From Octopus sinensis (Eukaryota): a stretch of 64,000 nucleotides of DNA. The notes under the pieces were generated by a model that had not been told where the DNA came from, ran no database searches, and was given only the letters and a program-made list of their open reading frames with translations. Shown here piece by piece: positions 12,601 to 24,230 of this stretch; position 1 is the first letter of the stretch, and each line of letters begins with the position of its first letter. The stretch spans positions 18,538,001 to 18,602,000 of the forward strand of contig NC_043017.1 in NCBI RefSeq assembly GCF_006345805.1. The letters run 5' to 3'. The position numbers were made by a program, and so were the translations under genes.

Positions 12601-15600
12601 TCCCTTTATCGACGCATTCTGTACTATGATAATGGATTAACTGTCTTGCGTCATTCTGTTTAGCCAATAATTGTGGCATGTTTCATTTTGCTATGCTTCT
12701 GCCCCTTACGGATCCCCTGTAATCAAAGCTACACACACACTGTATGTCTGCGTATGTATACATGTGCATATATTTATGCGTGTTGTATGGGAACATACGA
12801 TTTGTGTAGTAGATAGGGGCCAACTTGCCGAGCAATACGTTACCATATATGACTGTGCAGGGGCTAGGCTCACCCATCACGTCAGATAAAGGGGTCGGCA
12901 GCAGTAAGAAGGGAGGTTACTTAACATGTAGTGCGTGTGTGTGTGAAAGGTTTGCAAACCTCGTCAGTGAAATTGGGGAAACAAAATTGCATGGAAGCCC
13001 ACGGAATGCATTGTAGCGGCAGCTTGGTGGTGGACTTGTAAACATCAAAGTCCACCATCAAATAATCCACTGAGGGGCGAAATGTATTGGTTTCAAATTT
13101 TGGCACAACACCAGCAGTTTTCGGGAAGGGGTCAAGTCGATTACAACTGGTACTTATTTTATCCACCCTGAAAGGATGGCAAAGTTGACCTTGGCAGCAT
13201 CTGAACTCAAAACGAAAAGACAGACAAAATGCCACTAAGCATTTGCGCAGTGTTCTTATGAATCTGCCACCTTGATGCCTTGATACGTGAAATCTATTGA
13301 TAGTAATATACATCGAGTAATATAACTTGAGACTGTTTTCTGGTACCCCATCACTACCCATCTTATTTTCTTCCCAGTTGCTACCAATCACCCTTACATT
13401 ATGTGGAGTACCTATGAATCTCCTCCATAGCAAGGCACTTGTACTTGACCCTCTATCATACTTCAACCTCTCAGTTCCTGTATACAGCCGCCGCCTCCTC
13501 CTCTTCCCTATGGGGGCTGTTTCACTTTTCCATTCTTTGTAGGTCTTGCAACTTATCTGCCAAGCTCATTAGTGCTGGTGGTATGTAAAAAAAAACACCC
13601 AGTACACTCAGTAAGGTGGTTAGCATTAGAAAGGGTAACCAGCGATAGAAAATATGCGAAAGCTGACATTGGAGTTCAATGCAGCCTTGAGGCTCACTGG
13701 ATTCTGTCAAACAGTCCAACTCATCTCACCATGAAAAACAGACATTAAATGATGATGATTTAAGAAATATACAGCTATTATCATATGTTAATGTGTAACA
13801 AGGAACCCTTTTTAGTCAAAAACTAGGTTTAAAAAATATGAGAGTTTCTTATACATGGATATTATTATAATCCTTTACAAAACCTTTTTTCCAAATTTTA
13901 AGCCCCCCAAATTAGGGGGTTCCTTATATACATTAAAATACAGTAAATAGAACCTTCTAGACACTATATTCTGGTGCTGGTGCCACATAAAAAGCACTCA
14001 GTTCCCTCTGTAAAGTGGTTGGTGTTAGCAAGGGCATCCAGCCATAGAAACCAAACCAAAACAGACTATGGAACCTTGTGTGGCTCCCAGCTTTGCCAGC
14101 TCCTGTCCAACCATCCAACCCATACCAGGATAGAAAATGGACATTAAATGATGATGATGATGATTCTAGTATTGAGTTCTCTTTATACCATTATATCATT
14201 TTAACACCCATTTTTCCATGCTAGCACAGTCAAGAGTTTATTAAGGCAGAGTTTTATAAGCTGGATGCCCTTCTTGTCTCAAATCTTCACTTGTTTCCAA
14301 GCAAGATAATATTTTCCCAAGGCCAGGCATGTTTTTGCAGAATAATGGAAATCAATGACACTGTTCATATAATGGAGAAACCTTGCATACAACTATCAGC
14401 ATGGAAAACAAACATATAATGGTGCAGTTGGTATATATATGTGTGTGTATATGTGTGTTATTGAAGCTTAAGAGCCAACCTGAGCAAGGATTAGCTCTGA
14501 AGAAATCAAAAATTGACTGAAACACATTTTGTGATATCTAAATATAAATCTAAGACTTCTTGAAGGTTTTTATAGAGTTTCTCACTATATATGTATGGTA
14601 CTGCAAAATATATCAAAGTTACCAAATAGACAAAAAAAGAATGGTCCCAATAAAACAGTACATACTTTCAAGTAGATTCAATAAAGAAACAAACTGAGCC
14701 CTAATGATGGCCCTGATGTAATCCCAAAAGTGACAGCATGACAGGACCATGTGGCCCCTGCCACTGCTGCTCACTACAATCACAAGAGGTCCCTTGATAC
14801 TGTGAGTCTGATAGCCAGTGGCCTCTGCCTAATATATGAGAGCAACCCTCAATGACAACTTAGCACTGTGGGTCTGCTAACCAGTGACCCCTACACATAT
14901 ATAGCTGTCTAATGGAGAATTAGGCAGTCACATGATCACATGACTCTCTCAAGTCCTGCTGGACCTGAGCTGCGCTCTCTTCATCAAGTACAAACTCGTA
15001 CCTGATGTACTTGTATGCCACATATCTGATAGAGGACTCAGTCACCTTGATCTGTTCAGTGACTTGATGATGTCCTAGACCTGTTAGACAAACTCAGTTG
15101 TCCTGATGTCTGACATCTGAGAATGTTTTTTTTTTCTTAGCAAGACATGACTCCCCTCCCACCATCCCAGATTCCACTATCTTTCCTGACCCTGATCACA
15201 AAAGAACCTGGCTGTGGCCAAGAAGCTGAGTCTCTGTGGTTAACAGTTACAGCCATGAGCCTGACATGTTTTATATTTTTTGCATTAGATTGCAATCTGC
15301 CGTGCTGATGCTAGAATTTGGTACATACCACACAGCATTACATTAGCTTTTCTGTCATTTGTGACCAACTAAAGTTTGTTTACAAATATCCAGAGAAACC
15401 TCTGTGTGTGTGATGGAGTGTATTTAATATCTGTGTTCCATGCTGGCATGGGTTTGACAGTTTGATAGGATTTGATGGGCACAAAGAGGTCCTTGTCTTG
15501 TGAGCTTGTGGGTGCAGGTGCCACATAAAAAGCACTTGTTTCAGTGTCATGTGAATTGCACCGATGACAGTGCGACATGAAAATTACCCATGCTGATTCC

Positions 15601-17808
15601 ATTTATAAAGCATTGGTGCCGATGTCATGTAAAAAGGACCCAGTACTCTCTGTAAAGCAGTTGGTGTTAGGAAAGGCATCCAGCCATAGAAACCATGCCA
15701 AAACAGACAATTAGAGCTTGGTGCCAGCTCCTGTTAAACTGTCCAACCCATGCCAGCATGGAAAACAGACATTAAATGATGATGAAGGACAACATCATGC
15801 TGCTTATGACAGCCCATCAATATAATGACAGTATCAATCGAGGACATCCATCCTCTTCTGGCTCCAGTACATTGTTTCTCACGGGAGTGGATGTGACAGA
15901 CAAGACTGAAAAGAGATTGGAGATTCTGTGGTGCTGGGGGTATTGAAAGTAACCCCCAACAACAGCAGCAGTATGTTGATGACAATGACTCCTCCTCTCT
16001 TCATGCAGTCTCCTGTGTTCAGTTTCAAAGCACCTGCAGCATCACACACAGATTTGATGCCCTTCCTAACGCTAACCACTTAGAAAGTGTAATGGGTGCT
16101 TTTATGTGCCATTTGCATGACACTGGGATGCATTTACATGCCACCAGTATCTGCCATGACTGCCATTTTACTCGGCTTGATGGGTTTTCTTTTCAAGCAC
16201 AACATAATGCCAAAGGTCTTGGTCATTGCCTCCGTGAGGCCCAACCTATACCACTGCTCTTATAACTTGAGATACATCTTCATACCATTTGACCATCTCT
16301 CTTTTTCTAACTAGGGTAGCCATGTATCTCCTCCACAGCAAAACATCCATTTCTGGCTATAATACTTTCACCTCTCATCACATGGTATAAAACCACTTCC
16401 CTCAATATTACTCCCCTCTCAGTCGAGGGAGTCTTGTCCAACGGATCACATGGTGATTTCACTAGTGGCAGTGCTGGCAGATTCTGCAGCCAGGAGACAC
16501 TATAATACAGTTAGTATTAGGAAGGGCATCCAGCCATAGAGACCATAACTAAGCAAACAGCACACAGATGGGATGCCAAATGCACTTTGGCAAAGGACAA
16601 GAAGCTGAAGCTAAACAGACAAGATGCTGAAGAGACATAGGAAAATTAAAATTTAATCTCATTAAACCTTAAGTGCCAAATTGTGAATTGGTCATTAAAC
16701 TATGTAGGTAGGAATGCTTTTTTTTATTATTATTATTGTGTACGTACAGCTTTCCGTCTATTCGGCATTGTGTCTATTTGGCTTCTTGTCCTTCAGCAAA
16801 AGTGCATTTGGGTTCCTGTCCATGCATGAAGCAGACACTGAAGTGCAGACCTCTGGCTTACCAGCTCCTGTCAAACTGTCCAACCCATGCTAGCATGAAA
16901 AACAGACATATGATAAGGATGATGTATTCTTACAATCATTCACCATCCATATTTTCCTATTCTTGTATGAGACAACATTTTACGGCTGGATTTTCTTCCT
17001 GTTACCACCCCTAACCATTTATTTTAGCATCCAATTGTTAAATGGCGGTGCCCCAGCACGGCTGCAGCTCTCAAACTGAAACTAATAAAAAAAAATGTTC
17101 AGAGTGACCAGTCAATGTGTCAACCAGCAATGTGTCAATGTTCCATTTTAAAAGTGACAAGTGAAACTGCCAAATATCAGCATGCATGCACACGGGAGTA
17201 CATGTGCGTGTGCACACACACATGATAGGCTTCCATACAGTTTCCATTTAACAAATCCATTCACAAGGCATTGGTTGGTCATCTCGGTTCACAGAAGACA
17301 CTCATTCAAGATGACATGTAGTGAGATTAAACCAAAAACCATGTGGTTGCCAAGGAGCCATACAATCATGCCGGCACCTGTTAATGTATATTGTTGTTGC
17401 TAGTGTTGACCTCCTGACATCTCATTACATTATTCATGTTAGTGCTAGATAGGTTGATAATAAAGGGTTAATTGTATATGGTTAATGAACCTGGCATTAA
17501 TTACTGTCAAACCATGCTTTTGTATGCATAGATCCTTTGTGTTCAGAGGAGAGAGAGTTCAGACACAATCACACGCAGAAAGAACATCGACACAGATTAA
17601 TAAAGAGAGAGACAGACAGACAGACAGAGAGAAAGAGGGGTGGGGTACTGAGACAAGCAAACAATGTGAGAAAGAGAGAGCTGGGGTATTGACACACATA
17701 ATAACAGAGGTAGACAGAGTAAGGACACACAGACAGTGGAAGAGAGAGTAAAGAGGATAGGGGTAGAGAATTAGAGAAGGTATTAATATAATCACAGACA
17801 GTATTATA

Positions 17809-17890
17809 TTGACACAAACAATCAGAGGCAGAGAGAGACGGAGATCATTGACACAAACAATCAGAGGCAGAGAGAGACGGAGATCATTGA
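17809..17890. repeat. 39-bp direct tandem repeat, two copies
   Basis: ttgacacaaacaatcagaggcagagagagacggagatca occurs twice, back to back. Confidence 0.85.
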
Positions 17891-18169
17891 TACAGACAGG
17901 ACAACAAAACAAAGTCTGTCAGACATACAACACAGACAGTACAACACAACTTGTCAAACATACACAGATACTACAACATACGCAAACAAGCTATCAAACA
18001 TAGACATTACAACACAGATACAAACAACCTGTCTGTCAAACATAACACCAACTTATCTATGATTCCGTTATTATTAAGTTCACTTCCCTCTCAGTCCACA
18101 TCACGGGCAGCAGTCAACTTCCAATGGTGTTTATTCTATTGTAGTGGTCAAATTATTCGAGACCAATTT

Positions 18170-18390
18170 AAGTTAAATCATTCACTTATACAAACATAAT
18201 CACTGCTTTGTAGTACTTTCTACCATTTCTCAACTAATAGATGTTACTCATTAGAAGTTGTTATAAGCCAACTAGAAGCAACTTGGCATTTCTTCGTAGA
18301 TTCTTCAGCAAATACTTTGAAAGATTGTCCATTTTCAGGTGCTTCTTCAAAAAGAAGTGTTGCACATTTGGTCAGTCCCATCAATTATTA
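18170..18390 (-). mobile_element. Possible highly degraded mariner transposase C-terminus
   Basis: ENGQSF...HLLVEKW*KVLQSSDY loosely resembles NGKTF...LPERWQKVVENNGDY; contains stop codons. Confidence 0.3.
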
Positions 18391-19020
18391 ATTACAATTA
18401 CACAACATTAATTTGTCATCATTTATGGGATCTCATCCTCATCGTTATCATAATAAGTCTACTACTTATTTATTTGTTCAAGTCTTGTACTGAAATCTCA
18501 AAGTGAAATACCCCTGCACTCTTACGAGGCCCTTTACTGATGTGTCTCAGGGAAATAACATTGTATTCCAATGAGGTCCTTTACTTCTGGAAGTTTATTC
18601 ACTGATGTAACCCATTCCTACTCTTCTCAACACCTCACAAAATGTGACAACTACTATTCTCCCTCTGGGATAGGAGTTCTTTAATCGTGCGAATTAAAGG
18701 CAACCCCTATATTGCTGGTGCCACATAAAAATCACCCAGTGCACTCTGCAAAGTGTGTGGACCCAGCTGTAAAAACCATGCCAAAATTAAAACCGGTGTG
18801 GTCCTCTAAGCGGTTGGATCCTGTCTAATTGTCCAACCCATGTCAGCATGGAGAATGGAGACAAAATGATGACATCACCAAACTCCTGCCCCAAACCGCT
18901 GACCTAGTATGGATTACATGACCATGCAGCCAAGTTACATGACACATGAAACAAACAGTTGACGGTGCATTTCATTGCGGCTTTTGTGCCCTAAAGCACA
19001 TGATTCAGTAAGGTTTAAAG

Positions 19021-19213
19021 CAGGGGTTCCCCACCATGACTCCCAGGGATGCACGTGACCTTCAAGCATCCTTCCGGTGGACCTTGAAGGTCATCCTTCT
19101 CTAAATATAAATTTCTCTTTTAATTGATTGGGATTTTCCTTTTTTTGGTGCTGCCCCCTAAAACATCCAGGTCTTGGACCTGGCCCAGACATTAAAAAGG
19201 TTGAGAACCACTG
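19021..19213. mobile_element. hAT-type MITE
   Basis: CAGGGGTTCCCCACC...GGTTGAGAACCACTG; TSD gtttaaag/gtttaaaa (7/8). Confidence 0.7.
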
Positions 19214-21193
19214 GTTTAAAAGCTTTTGAATATGTAGGGTTTGAAGCTTAGTGTTTAGGGTTCAGGAAAAGGGTTAGAAAACAAAATAGTCACAATTGGA
19301 AAGCAGTGGTTAAGTTGAAATTTCTTCACACATCCAGTGCATGCCCAAACCCCCTGATGAATTGGACCGTCAACTATTCATTTTGCAAATTCCTATTTTA
19401 GACCATAAAGTCTGGGATATCCAGAGAAAAGAGGAAAATGTTGGGGCATAACTACAGAACCCTGCTCACCCACAACCATGCCCACCCCTAAACATGAGTG
19501 CCTTTTACACGGCACCAGTAAATTAGGAGTAAAAGAATTTTTTTCTACACCTTATCAAGATAATTATAATCTACATCTCCACATAAACTTATCTCCAGAA
19601 AATTTCCTTTAAAAGAAAATGTATTTTTAAGAAAGTTATGAGGAAGCAATGTCAGTAGGGGGGGGGGGATACTTCAGTAGTTACATCAGCTTCAATGAGC
19701 CTAATCATTGATTATATTTTACTGGTTTCAGTTATTAGACTGTGGCCACACTGGAGCACTGCCTTCAGGAATTTTTAGCTGAATGAGTCAATCTCAGTTC
19801 TAATTTATTTTTTTAAAACCTGGTACTTATCCTATAGGTTGCTTTTGCCAAACTGCTAAGTTGCGGGGGACATAAACACACCAACACCAGTTCTCAAGCA
19901 GTTGTGCAGGACAAACACCGAGATCAACACATATATATATGTAAGTATATACAATGGGCTTCTTTCCGTTTCCGTCTACTAAATCCATTCACAAGGCTTT
20001 GGTCAGCCTGAGGCTACAGTAGAGACCACTTGTTCAAAGTACCACAAACTGGGGCTGAACCCATAACCATGTAGTTGGGAAGCAAACGTAGTACTACACA
20101 GCCATGCCTCATTTTACGAATTTTAGAACTGATTTGCATTTCATCCTTTCGGGGTCAATGGAGTAAGTTGCAGTTGATCAGTGGGGGTCAATAGAATCAA
20201 CAAATCCTCTCCTCCAAAATTTCGGACCTTGTGCTGATCAGCAAATAAAGAATTACTACTAGGACCAGGCACGGTCCCAGGAATTTTTCGAAGAGAGGGC
20301 ACAAGGTCAGAAGGGAATACAATTCCAGGAGAAAAGGGCGTAATAACATTATTTAGAAGTGCCCGTACCCCTCAGGACTCCGCACCTCCCTTGAGTCCGC
20401 CCCTGAGGACAGTAGATTAGCAGAATCATAAGGGCATCGGACAAAACGCATTGCAACATTTGTTCCAGCTTTTGACATTCTGAGTTCAAATTTTTATGGA
20501 AGTGGAAAAATAATCTTTTCTTACTACTACTACTACTGCTGCCCACTACAACAACAACGTTTTCAAATTTTGCCACAAGGCCTGCAGGTCGGAGTAAGTC
20601 ATTTCATCGACCCAAATATTCAACTGGTGCTTATCTATTTTCTCCTCAGCTTCGCCCCCCGTCAGCGTTGGTCAAAATCAGACAAACAAACCACTGCCAG
20701 TCCCGCGGCAGCGGCACCACGGAACGATGAGTCGTAAAGCCAACTAACGTTTAAACAGGATTCGAACTCAGAAACTCTCCGCACAAAGCGAGGCAGCGAG
20801 CGACAACGCCACGACTGGACCGGCTTGTCGATCACAAGAAGCTAATTTAATTGAAGAATGGCGAGTTATGTCGGTCGTTGCCTTTTAACCAAAGCAATGT
20901 CGTGTGACAAGAACTAACGCAACAGGAAGGAATATTTCAGAGTCGCTGTTGCTACAGTTGTTATTTAACCCTGAGTCAGCGCGAGCCGACCTGATGGTCA
21001 AAGGTATAACAATCGCGTCACCGTGTCTCATCCATCAAGGAATAACAATGGACGTTATTTAGACACTTTGCAGGTATCAAGAGAGAAGTATAATGGAATA
21101 CGACGAAATACAAATCGGAGCGTTTATATAGTGTTTGGTTGGGACATTTCTATAGTACCATGTACACACACATATTCATGTGTGCGTGCGTGC

Positions 21194-21226
<33 letters not shown>

Positions 21227-21229
<3 letters not shown>

Positions 21230-21376
21230 CAAATTAGCACGAAGCGTAAGGAAGCAGAAAAGCATCAACCTGCTAGAAATAAGAGCTAAAGTCTTCATTA
21301 AACCACCAAGACTTTAGCTCTTATTTCTAGCGGGTTGATGTTTTTCCGCATCCTTATGCTTCGTGCTAATTTGTTA
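21227..21376. repeat. 69-bp inverted repeat with a 12-nt loop
   Basis: Arms 21227-21295 and 21308-21376 differ at 5 of 69 positions. Confidence 0.9.
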
Positions 21377-21544
21377 TTTATCTGTTATATACACATACAC
21401 ACACACAAACAAACATATACGATCGCAATATTAAGTACGACACAACGACTGAGCCACAGACAGAATCGTATGAACACTGTGTGTGTGTGTATAAACATAT
21501 CATAAGATGCTTTTATATAAAGATAGATAGATATACACACACAA

Positions 21545-21638
21545 TGGCAGAGGTAAAGAATACGCACACCACCCGGTATCGGCGTAACCTTAACCCTAAA
21601 CGCAAACACCCGGGTGTGCGTATTCTTTACCTTCGCCA
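21545..21638. repeat. Small inverted-repeat element with a TAACCTTAACCCTAA core
   Basis: GGTAAAGAATACGCACACC ... GGTGTGCGTATTCTTTACC flanking telomere-like hexamers. Confidence 0.65.
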
Positions 21639-22229
21639 GAAAAATAGAACTCAAAATATGAGTATATGTATATATATATATATTAATATTTAGCAGAAGT
21701 AACAGGGTGACTCAAGGTCCGAGAGTTTCGTGCGTTGGCACTTAAGCGAATAAATAAATATCCACATATATGTGTATATATTCCTATTAACACACACACA
21801 TACGTGTGTGTGTGTGTGTGTGCAGCGTCGAACTGACAACAATGTCGTTAATCCACCGGATGGAAATGCCTCTGAGTAAATTGTCCAACTCGCTACGCTC
21901 AGAGTTCTATCGCTCCTGAGATCACAACTTCCCCTTCCATCCTTCCAGGGTCGATAGAATAAGTGACAAGATCAGGGCGATGTCCGTCCACTCACAGATC
22001 AATCTGAGACTTAGCAATATAAGAGAAAAAGAATATGCCATTCTCCCTTTACTCATCTGTACTCTTTATACTCCACAGAAAGATAAATTCATTTGTCGAT
22101 ATATACAAATATGTCTATGAATGTACAAGTGTGTTTATCTTCTGAATATATTCAGTGTTTTTGTATATCTCTCTATATCCCCAAATATATATATATATAA
22201 TATGTATATCTCTCTATATCTCCATATAT

Positions 22230-22261
<32 letters not shown>

Positions 22262-23019
22262 ATATGTATATCTCTCTATATCCCCATATATATATATATA
22301 TAATATATATATATATATAAAGCTTTATCGCGCTTATCTACATTGCCATCTATATACACACAGGTCCTGAAGGGCCCGAATGTCAGCTTATCACTCTTCC
22401 AGTATACCAGCTGACAAGGGACAATGCAAGGAGACTACATAGTTCACTCGACGAACGATATGTTTGTGTGTGTATGCGTACATGTATATCGGCCAGTTAT
22501 GCAAAAATCTGAAAAGAAGAAAAAAAAAAAAAAAAAAGAAAGCTCACTCTAAAATCTTTTGGACAGTAATATTTAATGCAGTCGTTGGTTATGGCCGGTT
22601 TGGAAGTTACCGTTGGTTTCACGTCTGTTATTGCTCTTGAGCAATATTTTGGAGACAGACACAACTCAAACCCTCTGGCCGGAGACACACATACTTTACT
22701 ATGCACACACAGAAAGAAACATATTTTTAAAAAATGGGTATAAAAGAGGCATGTACGTTTTTTCATTTTTGTTCTTTCTGCTGCAGTTTAAATAGCAGTC
22801 ACTTAACACATCACCACTGATTCATCTTATAATGCATAGTTAGACTGTATATGTGTGTGTGTGTGTGTATGTGTGTGTACACACGCATAACCTGCAAGTA
22901 AACATGTAGTTACATACACACACACACAAGTTCTCTCTCTCTCTGCGCTTTTTACATGTCTGTGTTTAAAAACGCATACTATATACGCCAGTACGTACAC
23001 CAAATGTATGCAAAGGTGA

Positions 23020-23140
23020 ATGTGTGTGTGTGTATATATATGTGTATGTATGTATGTATGTGTATGTATATATATATGTATGTGTATGTATATATATATA
23101 TATGTATGTGTATGTATATATATATATATGTATGTATGTG

Positions 23141-23173
<33 letters not shown>

Positions 23174-23434
23174 GTGTATATATATATATATGTATGTATG
23201 TATGTGTGTATATATATATATGTATGTATGTATGTGTATATATATATATATGTATGTATGTATGTGTATATATATATATATGTATGTATGTATGTGTGTA
23301 TATATATATATATGTATGTATGTGTGTATATATATATATATGTATGTATGTATATGTATATATATATGTATGTATGTATATGTATATATATATGTATGTA
23401 TGTATATGTATATATATATGTATGTATGTATATG

Positions 23435-23468
<34 letters not shown>

Positions 23469-23480
23469 TGTATGTATACA
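23020..23480. repeat. Compound (TA)n/(TATG)n/(TG)n microsatellite; similar arrays at 22180-22320, 37640-37885, 54655-54905
   Basis: Seen directly; it explains the YIYI/CMYV pseudo-ORFs. Confidence 0.95.
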
Positions 23481-23995
23481 AAGGTGCCTATAATATAATG
23501 TATTATAGCAATATACATTATATCTATAGCTATAGAATCAAAAATATGTAGATAGATAGATACACAGAGATCTTTTTTTTCACAATCGTCGTTATGTATT
23601 ACATACAAAGCTCCATCTGCGTGTATATACAAGAATCTACTAGCGTAAAAACATTATACACACATGCATACACAAACAAATATACATAAATATATATATA
23701 TAGACAGACAGACAGACACACACAAAGCTTTCTATACATAATATAACAGCTAAATATAAATTTAGCTGTCACTGTCTCACATACTCTTAACTAGTATAAA
23801 CACATCACATATGCATGTATGTATATATGTGTGTATATATATCTGCCGTTCCATGCATATATAATGTGTGCGCGCGCAAAACGCTGTGTGTGTATGTATG
23901 TGTGCGTATATGTGTGTGTGTTTTGATTTGTGTGTGATGTTGAGTGGGAAACGATTGATATACGGAACAGAGGGGGGAACGGCGGCTTTCCTTAC

Positions 23996-24230
23996 CTAAA
24001 TGCGTCGCGTAAATTGTCCGAATGTTCCATGGATATATCCAGATATCTCTCTCTGCGTTTTTCTGTATCTCTGTGTGTGTCAGAGCTAAAATATCGGATG
24101 AAACAGACTCGGAAAGCTGTTTCCACAACCGCGTCCTCCGTCTTTGGGATAAGCGACTGACAAGCTCCTGAAGCAGACAGACGGCAAGGGACGTAATTGT
24201 GCAAGACTTCCTGTCGACATAGGGGCGGTT
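23996..24230 (-). promoter_or_regulatory. Candidate promoter plus first exon on the minus strand (possibly the HERC1 5' UTR exon)
   Basis: CpG-rich; GC box GGGGCGG 24222-24228; ETS core CAGGAAGT 24213-24206; donor AG/GTAAGG at 23996/23995. Confidence 0.4.

Noticed and set aside
14492-14540. CTGAAGA-aatcaaaaattgact-GAAAC hammerhead-like spacing
   Set aside because: Stem II is mismatched, and there is no NUH triplet with a matching stem I; at best an unrecognisably decayed relic.
15126-15330. Strong plus-strand acceptor-like tracts suggesting a hidden gene in 13-20 kb
   Set aside because: No convincing donor, no phase-consistent partner exons, and no recognisable protein; the surrounding sequence is mostly decayed retroelements.
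22956-23632. Long ORFs of YIYI/CMYV type (also near 37.6, 54.6 and 63.0 kb)
   Set aside because: They are translations of TA/TG/TATG microsatellites and are open in many frames; not genes.
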